Assembly (NCBI GenBank): GCA_026396065.1
Contig: JAPLXO010000004.1
Location: 18,387 to 82,386 of the forward strand
Direction of reading: 5' to 3'
Source of the DNA: Candidatus Nomurabacteria bacterium
Lineage (GTDB): Bacteria; Patescibacteriota; Minisyncoccia; Phycocordibacterales; UBA9973
Length of the DNA stretch: 64,000 bases
Positions 9,224 to 18,914 of the stretch are shown here, piece by piece (within the stretch, counting starts at the first letter, position 1; each line of letters starts with the position of its first letter). Made by a program: the position numbers and the translations under genes. Below the pieces are notes generated by a model. The model searched no databases. It saw only the letters and a program-made list of their open reading frames with translations, and was not told the origin of the DNA.

Positions 9224-9817
9224 ATGTTAATACCAACCGTTATAGAAAAAAGCCAATTTGGTGAGCGAGCGTATGATATTTACTCTCGTTTACTTCGTGA
9301 TCGTATTATTTTCCTTTCAGGACAAATAGACGACCACACAGCCAATATTATTATTGCTCAATTATTATTTTTAGAAAGTGAAGATCCTAAAAAAGATGTT
9401 TTCCTTTATGTGAACTCCCCTGGTGGCTCTGTCACTTCTACTATGGCCATCGTTGATACTATGAATCACATTCGCCCAGACATCGCGACATTTTGCGTAG
9501 GTATGGCAGCATCAGGTGCAGCTATTGTCCTCTCTGCTGGAAAGAAAGGCAAGAGATATATTTTGCCAAATGCTGAAGTCATGATTCACCAACCTTTAGG
9601 TGGCGTAGAAGGACAAGCCACAGATATCGCCATCTCTGCAAAACACATTTTGAAAACTCGTGATAATTTAAACAAACTCCTTGCGAAAAATACTGGCAAG
9701 ACCCTCGCTCAAATAGAAAAAGATGTCGAACGCGACTTCTACATGGATTCCGACGAAGCCAAAAAATACGGCATCATCGATGAAATAGTAACAAAGTCAA
9801 AAGCGACTCCTAAATAA
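9224..9817 (+). CDS. clpP: ATP-dependent Clp protease proteolytic subunit.
   Basis: 197 aa. Motifs [21 protein letters not shown] and the catalytic-Ser context [14 protein letters not shown], plus His in MIHQPLGG. Confidence 0.9.
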   Translation: MLIPTVIEKSQFGERAYDIYSRLLRDRIIFLSGQIDDHTANIIIAQLLFLESEDPKKDVFLYVNSPGGSVTSTMAIVDTMNHIRPDIATFCVGMAASGAAIVLSAGKKGKRYILPNAEVMIHQPLGGVEGQATDIAISAKHILKTRDNLNKLLAKNTGKTLAQIEKDVERDFYMDSDEAKKYGIIDEIVTKSKATPK

Positions 9818-9840
9818 AAGAAAAATAAAAAATGAAACTA

Positions 9841-9887
9841 AAAAACTCCCTGCAAAATGAATTGCAGGAAGTTTTTTTATAATTTTT
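9841..9887. terminator. Terminator hairpin ctccctgcaa-aatgaa-ttgcaggaag plus T-run. A near-identical copy lies at 11245-11288.
   Basis: Hairpin plus T tract. Forms a repeat family with 11245-11288. Confidence 0.55.
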
Positions 9888-9892
9888 AAAGA

Positions 9893-10207
9893 TTATTCAT
9901 TAATCAAAACGAAAATCTTATTTAAGTGGGAAAAGAGTTTGTAAAACTCTTCAATGTGAATAGAACTCACTATCACTGAATCTTTTACCTTAATTAAGGC
10001 ACCTTCAAGTGGAAATAAGTTCTGATAAATTATCGTAACCTCTTCTTTATCACCAAACAAAGCGTGTATCTCTACTCCTCTTTGTGGTTTTTCAGTATTT
10101 TTTACGAAATTTATTGCGGATTTAAGTTCTGGGGCATTACTGCCTCCATGCTCTTTTGCTAGTTCCTTAAAACCAGCATAATTTCCTACATCAATTCTTG
10201 TTGTCAT
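9893..10207 (-). CDS. Hypothetical protein (104 aa).
   Basis: ORF with protein-like composition, co-directional with and 24 bp from the downstream gene. Confidence 0.45.
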   Translation of the reverse strand: MTTRIDVGNYAGFKELAKEHGGSNAPELKSAINFVKNTEKPQRGVEIHALFGDKEEVTIIYQNLFPLEGALIKVKDSVIVSSIHIEEFYKLFSHLNKIFVLINE

Positions 10208-10230
10208 GATTTACAAATTTTAATTGTTTA

Positions 10231-11058
10231 CTACTTGTGTATTATTAGTACACCATTTCGCCCCGAAGCAATTTCGTCTTCGTGGTAATACCGGTAATGA
10301 GACCAGTATGAATACTCTCCATCTTCATCTTTATCAGTTGCAGTATCTATGTCGTCATATACAATTTCACTATGTATACCAAACGCTTCGAACTGCGCAC
10401 TAATAATGTTTTTAATGGAAATTCCTCCATGTTTTTTACCCATGGGTACGCTAGCCTCACCATATTTATTGATAAGGTGATCTAAAATAATTTCATTATT
10501 TTTTCCATGCACCTCATCGTGTATGTCATAAATGAAACTGGAATGCCTAATTCCACAATGTAAGGAAATTTCAATGTCTTCGATAGAATACAAAGAAAGA
10601 TCCAGCAAACTGCCGACTACACCGTCATGAATACGTGGTGATGATTCGTCAGTTTTTCCTGTTAGGATTTTTTTCTTATCAATCACAGAATTTAATCCTG
10701 CATGACAAGTAAATACTTCTCCTTTTTCCAAATCACGACAAACTAATGTCGGGCAATCTGCTGACCGGAAAAGCACAGCTGTACCTTTTGGTAACAGCAA
10801 CCCTTCAGTAGGTAACGTCCACAAACTTAAACCATTTCTGAAACCAGCATCTTCGAATGCTTCTGGATCACTCAATGTGCCCAGAAAATCTGAAGTGCTC
10901 GGTAAATAACAGATTGTGATTTTTTCTTTGTTTAACATTCTGTGAATGTCTGTAAGATTCCAAAAACTATTTAACCAGTTTTTTTGTGATCCGAATACGT
11001 AAATACTAGTGTTCGCACTATGTAGCGAAACTTTTGGTAAAATTTCATTGCTGTTCAT
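10231..11058 (-). CDS. YfiH/PgeF-like (DUF152, purine nucleoside phosphorylase / laccase-domain) protein.
   Basis: 275 aa with an ADCPTLV motif and a CHAGL / HCGIRH arrangement resembling the ADCxP...HAGWRG...C motifs of the family. Assignment is moderate. Confidence 0.45.
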   Translation of the reverse strand: MNSNEILPKVSLHSANTSIYVFGSQKNWLNSFWNLTDIHRMLNKEKITICYLPSTSDFLGTLSDPEAFEDAGFRNGLSLWTLPTEGLLLPKGTAVLFRSADCPTLVCRDLEKGEVFTCHAGLNSVIDKKKILTGKTDESSPRIHDGVVGSLLDLSLYSIEDIEISLHCGIRHSSFIYDIHDEVHGKNNEIILDHLINKYGEASVPMGKKHGGISIKNIISAQFEAFGIHSEIVYDDIDTATDKDEDGEYSYWSHYRYYHEDEIASGRNGVLIIHK

Positions 11059-11244
11059 TTTTCAAATATTAAATTGTTTATTATTAATTTAGTTCAAGAT
11101 ATTATCACAATTCCCTATCAAAGGAACACTGATAATATCTCGACTAAAAACAATAAATACAAAATACTTGTCGAAGGGCTTTTTTTATAAAATTACATCA
11201 AATACTACGAAATGTCAATCATTCTAAAAATGCTAATAAAAATG

Positions 11245-11288
11245 AAAAAACTCCCTGCAAAATAAATTGCAGGGAGTTTTAAAAAAAA
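11245..11288. terminator. Terminator hairpin ctccctgcaa-aataaa-ttgcagggag, a copy of the 9841 element.
   Basis: Perfect 10-bp stem and T-run. Immediately downstream of the pepD-like stop on the minus strand. Confidence 0.55.
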
Positions 11289-11302
11289 TATTCTTTGAAG
11301 AA

Positions 11303-12844
11303 TTATATGCTTTTAAGTAAAAGCAATAAATACTTCCAAACGCGTTCACAAGAATCCACGTCTACCCATTCTCCGGTAGTGTGAACATCCCCCATCGTAG
11401 GCCCAAAAGAGATTATTTCAACACCTTTCAACTTGTTTGAAATAACTCCGCACTCAAGTCCTCCATGAGTACTTGTTACAACCGGTTTCGCATCAAACAT
11501 TACTTCCCACTGTTGTACAGCCGTTTTTAACAATGGTGTATCAAACTGTGGAATCCATCCAGGATAACCACTACTAATTTTTGTTTTAGCTCCGTAATAA
11601 TGGAACATGCCTTTAATAATTTCACCAATCCCTTTTAGTTGGGTTTGATTAGAGCTACGGTACATGCAAGAGATAGCGATCTTGCGTCCTTTCATTTCTA
11701 CAATTGCAAGATTGTTTGATGTTTGAACTAACTTTTTATCTTCTTTTTGTTTAGATCTCACCCCGTGTGGTAACTGTATCAGTATTTCTAGAAAATCTTT
11801 GGTGGAGTTTTCGTCCATCATTTTTTCTTTTAGAATAATGCCTACACGTGCAACTTCAGTTTTTATCGGCTCTTTTGGCCACACCATCTTCACAGCTTCA
11901 AACTGTTTTTGTAGTATTTCCAAAAAATTTTCAGCGTCTTCTTCCGGTAGCACTACTGTAGCTTTTGCTGACACCGGTATAGCATTGTCTTTTTCACCAC
12001 CGGAAAAACTTACAAGGTGCATCTTAATTTCACCAAGAGTATTCATGTTGAATTTTCCTAAATCAGTTAGGATTATGGCAAGGTCTTTTATAGCATTCCC
12101 ACGTTCTTTCTGAATTTCAGCCCCTGAGTGACCACCGACAAAGTCGGACAATTCAATATTAAATTTACAATACCCACTAGGAGTATTAATAAATTTTGGT
12201 TTAAACAAACCATTGATTCTTGATCCCCCAGCACAACCCACCGTGAATTCACCCTCCTCTTCGCTATCGAGGTTGATAAATTTTGTACTTTTAATCGAAC
12301 TAAAATCGAATCCAATTGCGCCGACAAGGCCAACTTCTTCGGTAGCAGTGAATAAAAGCTCAAGTGGACCGTGTTCTATGTCGCGGTTAGTCAAAATTTC
12401 CAACATGTAGCTAATAGCTATTCCGTTGTCAGCACCTAAAGTAGTGCCGATTGCCTTTAAAACATTTTCCGTTTTGAAAAAAAGTTCAATAGGGAAAATT
12501 TCTTTTTTTAACCCCTTGTCTTTCACTTCCACCATGTCAATGTGGCCTTGAAGACAAACAGATGGAATATGTTCAAACCCTTTTGAGGCAGGAACCGTAA
12601 CCAAGACATTATTCCACTTGTCTTTGATTACTTCTAATCCATTTTTTTTAGCCAGGTCCTCTATCACCGAGGCGATAGGGCCTTCGTTCCAAGAACCTCT
12701 TGGAGTTGCGCATAAGGTCTCAAAATGACGCCAAAATGGCAGTTTTTTCTTGAGCGGACTCAATAAAACTCCATTTTTTGTAATTACTTCTTCAGCTCTC
12801 GCTGCTTCGGTGTCTTGCACCGGTACTGTGTCTGTTTCTTTCAC
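11303..12844 (-). CDS. pepD: M20-family aminoacyl-histidine dipeptidase (PepD-like).
   Basis: 513 aa. LQGHIDMV (GHxDxV metal ligand) and GADNGIAI motifs. Length matches Xaa-His dipeptidase. Confidence 0.7.
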   Translation of the reverse strand: MKETDTVPVQDTEAARAEEVITKNGVLLSPLKKKLPFWRHFETLCATPRGSWNEGPIASVIEDLAKKNGLEVIKDKWNNVLVTVPASKGFEHIPSVCLQGHIDMVEVKDKGLKKEIFPIELFFKTENVLKAIGTTLGADNGIAISYMLEILTNRDIEHGPLELLFTATEEVGLVGAIGFDFSSIKSTKFINLDSEEEGEFTVGCAGGSRINGLFKPKFINTPSGYCKFNIELSDFVGGHSGAEIQKERGNAIKDLAIILTDLGKFNMNTLGEIKMHLVSFSGGEKDNAIPVSAKATVVLPEEDAENFLEILQKQFEAVKMVWPKEPIKTEVARVGIILKEKMMDENSTKDFLEILIQLPHGVRSKQKEDKKLVQTSNNLAIVEMKGRKIAISCMYRSSNQTQLKGIGEIIKGMFHYYGAKTKISSGYPGWIPQFDTPLLKTAVQQWEVMFDAKPVVTSTHGGLECGVISNKLKGVEIISFGPTMGDVHTTGEWVDVDSCERVWKYLLLLLKSI

Positions 12845-13205
12845 TTTGTTTTTTTTAAAAATGTTTATACTAACTTTTTTTTACTCACTTTCTCAATACC
12901 CGTAAAGAAACTGGGAAAGTGAGTAAAATAGAGAAATATAGACAACTCATTGTCGAAGGGCTTTTTTTATAAAATTACATCAAAGGATGGCTTTTGTCAA
13001 CAAGGTAAAATCCACTATTTTCAGACCATAGACAAACAAGAAATATTTTGTTATATTAAACATGTGAGATTTACAAATTTTATTTAAATTGGTTTTTAGG
13101 AATATATCATATATTATGAAGGGCTTAAAAGTTTTCAAAAATTTACTCAGTTACAAAATGGAAATCCCAATATAGCGGTGTGTTCTTATAAGCTGACACA
13201 AGCTT

Positions 13206-14735
13206 ATGAGTTTAACAATAAAACTTTTGATCGGGGCCGGCGTGCTCTTTTTCGGAGTTGGTTTAGGATACTATCTCCGAGTGATCATCGCTTTAGGTAA
13301 AAAGCGATCTATCGAAATCGACATCAAAGATATGATGGTCGGAGCAAGAGAAGAATCACAAAGAATTTTAGATGAAGCAAAAAAGAAGTCAGAGGCTACT
13401 CTAGAAGAATTAAAAGAAGAAGAAAAAAAGAAGTCGGAAGAATTTAAAGAAACAGAAAAAAGACTTATCAAAAAAGATGAGCTTCTAGACGCGCGCCAAG
13501 TAGAAATAGATAAAGAAGTCGAAAATATAAAATCAAAAGTAGAAGATATAAAAAAGATTCAAGAACGTGTTGAGAACGCGCAAGCTGAAAAAATGCTGGC
13601 ATTAGAAAAAGTTGCAAAATTGACGACAGAAGAAGCAAAAGAAGAACTTTTGAAAGACATTGAAAAAAAATATGAAGAAGATATTTTAGTTCGCATGGTC
13701 AAATTAGAAAATTCTGCTACAGAAAAACTCGACCGTCGCGCAAAAGACATCCTCTCCACTTCTATTCAACGTCTTGCTGCAAGTACTGCTTCAGAATTAA
13801 TGACTACAGTCATCACAATTCCAAACAATGAAATAAAAGGAAAGATTATCGGTAAAGAAGGACGAAATATCCGTGCTTTCGAACGTGCTTCTGGAGTCGA
13901 GCTTATTGTAGACGACACACCAGGCACAATCGTAATTTCATCTTTCGATCCTATTCGCCGACAAGTAGCTCGCGTAGCACTTGAAAATTTAATTCTTGAT
14001 GGAAGAATTCAACCAGCAAAAATTGAAGAGTTGGTTGAAAAAGCAAAAGAAGAAATTAATAAAATTATTAAAGAAAAAGGAGAACAAGCCGTTTACGAAT
14101 GTGGAATCTTCAACTTTGATCCTCGTATCGTAGCTATTATTGGTCGCCTTTACTTCAGAACAAGTTATGGGCAAAATGTCTTGCAACACTCTATAGAAAT
14201 GGCACACATAGCTGGAATGCTCGCCGAAGAACTCGGTGCTGATGTAGCGATATCAAAAGCTGGAGCTCTAGTGCACGACATTGGTAAAGCTCTCGACCAC
14301 GAAGTGCAAGGCACACATATTGAAATCGGTATGCGTATTCTTCAAAAGTTTGGTGCTGATGAACGCATCATCACTGCAATGAAATCTCACCATGAAGACT
14401 ATCCTTATGAAACTATTGAATCAGTAATCGTACAGACAGCTGATGCTATCTCTGGTGGTCGTCCTGGAGCTCGACGTGACTCTGTAGAGAACTATTTGAA
14501 ACGTTTACAAGAATTAGAAGCATTAGTGAATGGATTCACTGGTGTCGAAAAATCTTATGCTCTTGCAGCAGGGCGTGAAGTGAGAATCTTCGTAACCCCA
14601 GAAAAAGTTTCCGACGCTGAAGCAAAACTCATGGCTCGTGAAATCGCAAATAAAATAGAACAAGAATTGAAATACCCTGGAGAAATCAAGGTTACTATGA
14701 TCCGAGAAAGTAGAATCATAGAATACGCTAGATAG
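13206..14735 (+). CDS. rny: Ribonuclease Y.
   Basis: 509 aa. N-terminal TM, coiled-coil, KH domain (GKIIGKEGRNIRAFE) and HD domain (HSIEMAHIAGMLAEELG...LVHDIGK). Confidence 0.9.
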   Translation: MSLTIKLLIGAGVLFFGVGLGYYLRVIIALGKKRSIEIDIKDMMVGAREESQRILDEAKKKSEATLEELKEEEKKKSEEFKETEKRLIKKDELLDARQVEIDKEVENIKSKVEDIKKIQERVENAQAEKMLALEKVAKLTTEEAKEELLKDIEKKYEEDILVRMVKLENSATEKLDRRAKDILSTSIQRLAASTASELMTTVITIPNNEIKGKIIGKEGRNIRAFERASGVELIVDDTPGTIVISSFDPIRRQVARVALENLILDGRIQPAKIEELVEKAKEEINKIIKEKGEQAVYECGIFNFDPRIVAIIGRLYFRTSYGQNVLQHSIEMAHIAGMLAEELGADVAISKAGALVHDIGKALDHEVQGTHIEIGMRILQKFGADERIITAMKSHHEDYPYETIESVIVQTADAISGGRPGARRDSVENYLKRLQELEALVNGFTGVEKSYALAAGREVRIFVTPEKVSDAEAKLMAREIANKIEQELKYPGEIKVTMIRESRIIEYAR

Positions 14736-14781
14736 AAAAGTTAAAAAAAAGGCCTGTATCGTAAAACGAACAGGTCTTTTT

Positions 14782-15402
14782 TTAATCCATTTGCAATAAT
14801 TTAAAAATAATTATTGCAAATACAACAGTTAGGAATCCAAGGAGTAGCTTATGTGTGTTAAAATCTTGAACCCATTCAGGATCACCTTTATCCATTATTT
14901 TTTCTGTAAAGATAAAACATCCATATTCTTTATCAAAACGACAAAGAATATGAAGTTTATTTTTATTCTTACAAATAAATTCCTTGTTTGGAATTTGGTG
15001 TGCTTTTGATAAATCAATAAAGTGAATTCCTTTTATTGTTTTATCATTCAAGCCGATAGTATTAAAAGTTTGCACTTCTCTACTATATCTGTTAAATCCT
15101 AGTGTAGGATTTTTTTTATCCCTAATGTAAACTACTCTCGTTTTTGGATTCTTGTAACGAAATGTTTTTATACTGTCGGGTAAAATAATTCTTTCAATTT
15201 GAATTATCTGGAAAGCTGTATCTTTTTTTACAATTTTCCATTCTTCATTTTGAATACTATCTATCATTTTTGGAGGTTTAATACAACCAGCTAAACTTGC
15301 AAAAAATAGTCCGAGAAGTATGCCGCCACCAATACCTAGTAGAAGTGCTATTACCGTCATAACCTTAACGATAATTTTTTTTAATTTTCTGAATTTTTTC
15401 AT
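14782..15402 (-). CDS. Membrane-anchored hypothetical protein (206 aa).
   Basis: N-terminal TM VMTVIALLLGIGGGILLGLFFASLAG and C-terminal TM. Confidence 0.45.
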   Translation of the reverse strand: MKKFRKLKKIIVKVMTVIALLLGIGGGILLGLFFASLAGCIKPPKMIDSIQNEEWKIVKKDTAFQIIQIERIILPDSIKTFRYKNPKTRVVYIRDKKNPTLGFNRYSREVQTFNTIGLNDKTIKGIHFIDLSKAHQIPNKEFICKNKNKLHILCRFDKEYGCFIFTEKIMDKGDPEWVQDFNTHKLLLGFLTVVFAIIIFKLLQMD

Positions 15403-15669
15403 TTTTTTTTATTTAGGTGAAACTTAGTTAAAATTACTTCACACACCAAGTTGATAGGCAAAGTAATTTCAACTAAAATAACCATTTTTAAAAGAACAAG
15501 ATCTATACTCTATTAAAACTTTACGTTTTTTCACAAAAAAGTCAAATAAAAAAAAGTATTAAAGCTATTGCCTAAAAAAACCCTTGATATATAATGTATA
15601 GGTAAATTAGCCACCGTAAATCGGGGCAAGGTCGAAAGATTTTTATTAAAAAATAATCAAATTAAATAT

Positions 15670-15942
15670 ATGAATAAGCAAGATTTAGTTGAATTTGTAC
15701 ACGGCAAAATGGGTGGTACAAAGGTAGCAGCTGAAGAAATCGTAAGTGGAATGTTTGATGCAATCATCGGCACAATGAAAAAAGGTGGTGAAGTATCAAT
15801 CGCTGGCTTCGGAATCTTCTCTGTAAAACCTCGTGCAGCTAGAATGGCTCGTAATCCAAAAACTGGAGAACAAGTCAAAGTAGCAGCTACAAAGGTTCCA
15901 AAGTTTCGTGCATCAAAAGGTTTGAAAGACGCAGTTAAATAG
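15670..15942 (+). CDS. hup: HU family DNA-binding protein.
   Basis: 90 aa. MNKQDLV...GFGIFSVKPRAARMARNPKTGE, the classic HU arm. Confidence 0.9.
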   Translation: MNKQDLVEFVHGKMGGTKVAAEEIVSGMFDAIIGTMKKGGEVSIAGFGIFSVKPRAARMARNPKTGEQVKVAATKVPKFRASKGLKDAVK

Positions 15943-16107
15943 TATTTGTCTCGAGACAAAGTGTAAAAGCCCAAAGCGAAAGCGGAGGGCTTTTATGTTT
16001 TTGATATATGAAAGTCATTTGCAATTTATAAATAAACATGGTACAATATGTGTCGATATGGTTATCAAAATGGTAACAAATTGTATCTTTAACAAAAAAA
16101 ATAAAAA

Positions 16108-16968
16108 TTGGAAAATAAAAAAGAAGAATCAAAAAGCCTTACTAACGTAAGTGGCTCTCTTCCTAAATATCTCAAGGAAATAGAAAAGGAAGAAAAATTG
16201 ACAGTTGAGCAAGAAAATCAACTTTCAGAAGAAATCAGAAACGGGAGCGCTCTTTCGTTAGAAAAATTAATTAAATCAAACTTACGTTTAGTGAAAACGG
16301 TAGCAGATCAGTTTAAAAGACAAGGAATGTTATTGCAAGATTTAATTAATGAAGGCAACCTAGGCTTAATTGAGGCGGCAAAAAGCTTTGATGAAAGAAG
16401 GGGTTTTGTTTTTAAAGTGCACGCTACAAGGGAAATTAAAAAATCTATCCGTGATGCATTAATGAAAAAAACAAAAATCATTAGGTTACCGTTTAATGAA
16501 ATTACCTCAAAAAAACAAATTGAGGACACAAAAGAAAATTTTATTAAAGAATTCGGTTATGAGGCCAGCACTGAAGAGCTATCAGCTATCTTAGGAAAAA
16601 ATGAGGAAGATATATCTGATACGATGTATTTCTCACAGGAGACAATTTTAGCTGACTCCCCTATCGATGAAGAAAACACGTTACTGGACACCCTGTCAGA
16701 CACAGCAACTCCCACAGGAGAAACTTTTTTGATAGATGAATCATTAAAAAAAGAAATTGAGCGAGCACTCAAGAATCTTAAAAACCCACGCCAAGTCGAA
16801 GTTTTAAAATTATTTTTCGGCTTTGACGAAGGTATTAACTGGACGCTTGAATCAATTGGGTCAAAATTTAATCTGACTCGTGAATCAGCTAGGCAGATTA
16901 AAGAAAAGGCGATTAAACGCCTTAGAAAGCAACCAAACATACCGTTGCTAAAAAGCTATCTGGGATAA
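16108..16968 (+). CDS. RNA polymerase sigma factor, sigma-70 family.
   Basis: Region 2 (LIKSNLRLV...LINEGNLGLIEAAKSFDERRGFVF...ATREIKKSIRDAL) and region 4 HTH (IGSKFNLTRESARQIKEKAIKRLRK). TTG start in the track; start uncertain. Confidence 0.8.
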   Translation: MENKKEESKSLTNVSGSLPKYLKEIEKEEKLTVEQENQLSEEIRNGSALSLEKLIKSNLRLVKTVADQFKRQGMLLQDLINEGNLGLIEAAKSFDERRGFVFKVHATREIKKSIRDALMKKTKIIRLPFNEITSKKQIEDTKENFIKEFGYEASTEELSAILGKNEEDISDTMYFSQETILADSPIDEENTLLDTLSDTATPTGETFLIDESLKKEIERALKNLKNPRQVEVLKLFFGFDEGINWTLESIGSKFNLTRESARQIKEKAIKRLRKQPNIPLLKSYLG

Positions 16969-17166
16969 TTCCCAACAACTCCCCTCACCGTGAAAATGGT
17001 GTGGGGAGATTTTGTTTTTTGTGCGGGATAAGAGAGTCGGTCACTTATAAATTTCTACTGAAATTTTATGCGACCCCGGCTCGGCGCGTCCGCCTCCGCC
17101 TTTCTCCTCACTTCCCCATCACAAAACAAAATCGCCGAGGACATGCCTCGGCTCATTTGTTTTTTG

Positions 17167-17237
17167 TGCGGGATAAGAGAGTCGAACTCTTCACCACAGT
17201 TTGGAAAACTGTTGTTTTACCGATAAACTAATCCCGC
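17167..17237 (-). tRNA. tRNA-Gly (anticodon TCC), 71 nt.
   Basis: Cloverleaf by hand: acceptor GCGGGAT/ATCCCGC, anticodon stem ACAGT/ACTGT with loop TTTCCAA, T-arm AAGAG-TTCGACT-CTCTT. CCA not encoded. Confidence 0.8.
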
Positions 17238-17300
17238 AATAGTTATATATTAGCATTTTATTTGTAAAAAGCCAGATATTTTGACAAAGTATTAGATGGA

Positions 17301-17702
17301 TTGTTTAATATTGACTTTTGGATTAATGGGGTGTATAATATACACATGAATGAAAATATAAATTTAGAAACAAAACCTTTAATAACACGAAAAGAAAGAA
17401 TTTTAAAAGCTCAGCAAGCTGAGACATTTGAAGATATAGATCCTGAAACAAAAAAAGATATTTTAGAGATTGCAGAAAAAAATATAACAGGCACACTAAA
17501 ACCACTCAGTTTTACTAAATTTTATAAATTTTCAACATATAAAAATAAAGGTGATTACAAACCTTATATGGATACAATGATGGAATATGCAACTACAGAA
17601 TTTAAAGAAATACTAAAAGAAGAATTAGAAAAAATAGATACAAAATTTATTCCAGCAAAAAAATTAGTGGAACAGTACGAAAAAGAAAGCGATAAAAACT
17701 AA
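17301..17702 (+). CDS. Hypothetical protein (133 aa from TTG; 118 aa if the ATG at 17346 is used).
   Basis: Charged protein-like ORF. Terminator at 17706-17732 (atcccgcaattgcgggat plus T-run). Confidence 0.45.
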   Translation: MFNIDFWINGVYNIHMNENINLETKPLITRKERILKAQQAETFEDIDPETKKDILEIAEKNITGTLKPLSFTKFYKFSTYKNKGDYKPYMDTMMEYATTEFKEILKEELEKIDTKFIPAKKLVEQYEKESDKN

Positions 17703-17897
17703 ACTAAAAATCCCGCAATTGCGGGATTTTTAGTTTTAAAAGTCGGGCTGCTGGGAATCGGCTATTACATAGCCAGGTGCTTTTCTACCTCGCTACGCTC
17801 GTACAGAAAAGCCTTTCGATATCCCAATAAAAGCAAATCAATTTGCTTTCTCCAGCCCAAACAAAAACAAACAGGTTTTACCTGTTTGTTTTTTAGT

Positions 17898-17968
17898 TCG
17901 GGCTGCTGGGAATCGAACCCAGTCAACGTGTTCCCAAAACACGTGTACTACCGGTATACTACAGCCCG
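17898..17968 (-). tRNA. tRNA-Pro (anticodon TGG), 71 nt.
   Basis: Acceptor CGGGCTG/CAGCCCG, anticodon stem CGTGT/ACACG with loop TTTGGGA, T-arm CTGGG-TTCGATT-CCCAG. Confidence 0.8.
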
Positions 17969-18006
17969 TTACAAAACAAGCTTAACATATTTGAGCAAAA
18001 AAACAA

Positions 18007-18438
18007 TTATTTATTTAAATTATCTAAATAAGTAGAATAAATAGGATAAAATTTTTCTACTTCGTCTTTAAGTTTATTTAATTCAACTTCAAAATCTGGC
18101 GAATCAAAATCCATATTCCCTAGTTCACTCTCCTTCTGTATTAAAGGAGAAATTTGATTCCAAATTTCTTTATCAAAACCACGAGAACCGACACCAAATA
18201 AATTTATAATGAATTTTAAATTTTGAAATTTAGTTTGAATTGATTCGTTTGAATCATCAAGTTCTTTCAATTTTCCTGCAATTACCCTTTTCCAATTATT
18301 TTTTGTTTTAGTAGGATCTGTACTTTCTCCCCTATCAGAAGGTATTAAATCATCAGAAAGTTTTCCTATATGCTCGTTCATAGGTGTGCCTAAAAAATGA
18401 ACTGGGCCAGTATTTTTTTTGTTATTTTCTATAGACAC
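18007..18438 (-). CDS. Hypothetical protein (143 aa).
   Basis: ORF co-directional with yraN and 12 bp downstream of it. Confidence 0.45.
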   Translation of the reverse strand: MSIENNKKNTGPVHFLGTPMNEHIGKLSDDLIPSDRGESTDPTKTKNNWKRVIAGKLKELDDSNESIQTKFQNLKFIINLFGVGSRGFDKEIWNQISPLIQKESELGNMDFDSPDFEVELNKLKDEVEKFYPIYSTYLDNLNK

Positions 18439-18450
18439 AACAATATATTA

Positions 18451-18855
18451 CTACAAAATTACATCTCTGACCACTTTTACTCTAGCCTTCTTTGTTTTCA
18501 TGTCCATAAAGACAACAATCAGATCAAACTGCCATTCTACGTTCTCTGGAACTTTTTTAGCTATTAAATACGTCTGAATTGTCCTTGAGAGACGCTTTAG
18601 CTTCCAAGGGTGCATATTATCTTCTGGTTTATACTGATCTAATGTTTCACGTTTAACACTTAGATCTCGTGTCACAGCCTTAACCTCCACAAAATGTATC
18701 CGACTTCCCTCCTGTGCTACAATATCTATCTCACCATACTTTCGAGTATAGTTTCTATCTAGAATAGAAAAACCTTGTTTCACGAGAAACTTACAAGCAA
18801 TATTTTCTCCCATTTCCCCTATCTTCTGTGTTTCAGAAGTAAATACTTTAGGCAT
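18451..18855 (-). CDS. yraN: YraN family (UPF0102) predicted endonuclease.
   Basis: 134 aa. GEMGENIACKFLVKQGFSILDRNYTRKYGEIDIVAQEGSRIHFVEVKA matches the YraN signature. Confidence 0.75.
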   Translation of the reverse strand: MPKVFTSETQKIGEMGENIACKFLVKQGFSILDRNYTRKYGEIDIVAQEGSRIHFVEVKAVTRDLSVKRETLDQYKPEDNMHPWKLKRLSRTIQTYLIAKKVPENVEWQFDLIVVFMDMKTKKARVKVVRDVIL

Positions 18856-18914
18856 TACTATAATTATACTACTCTAATAAAAATATCAAAAATGTTTCAT
18901 GAATAACACCTTTG

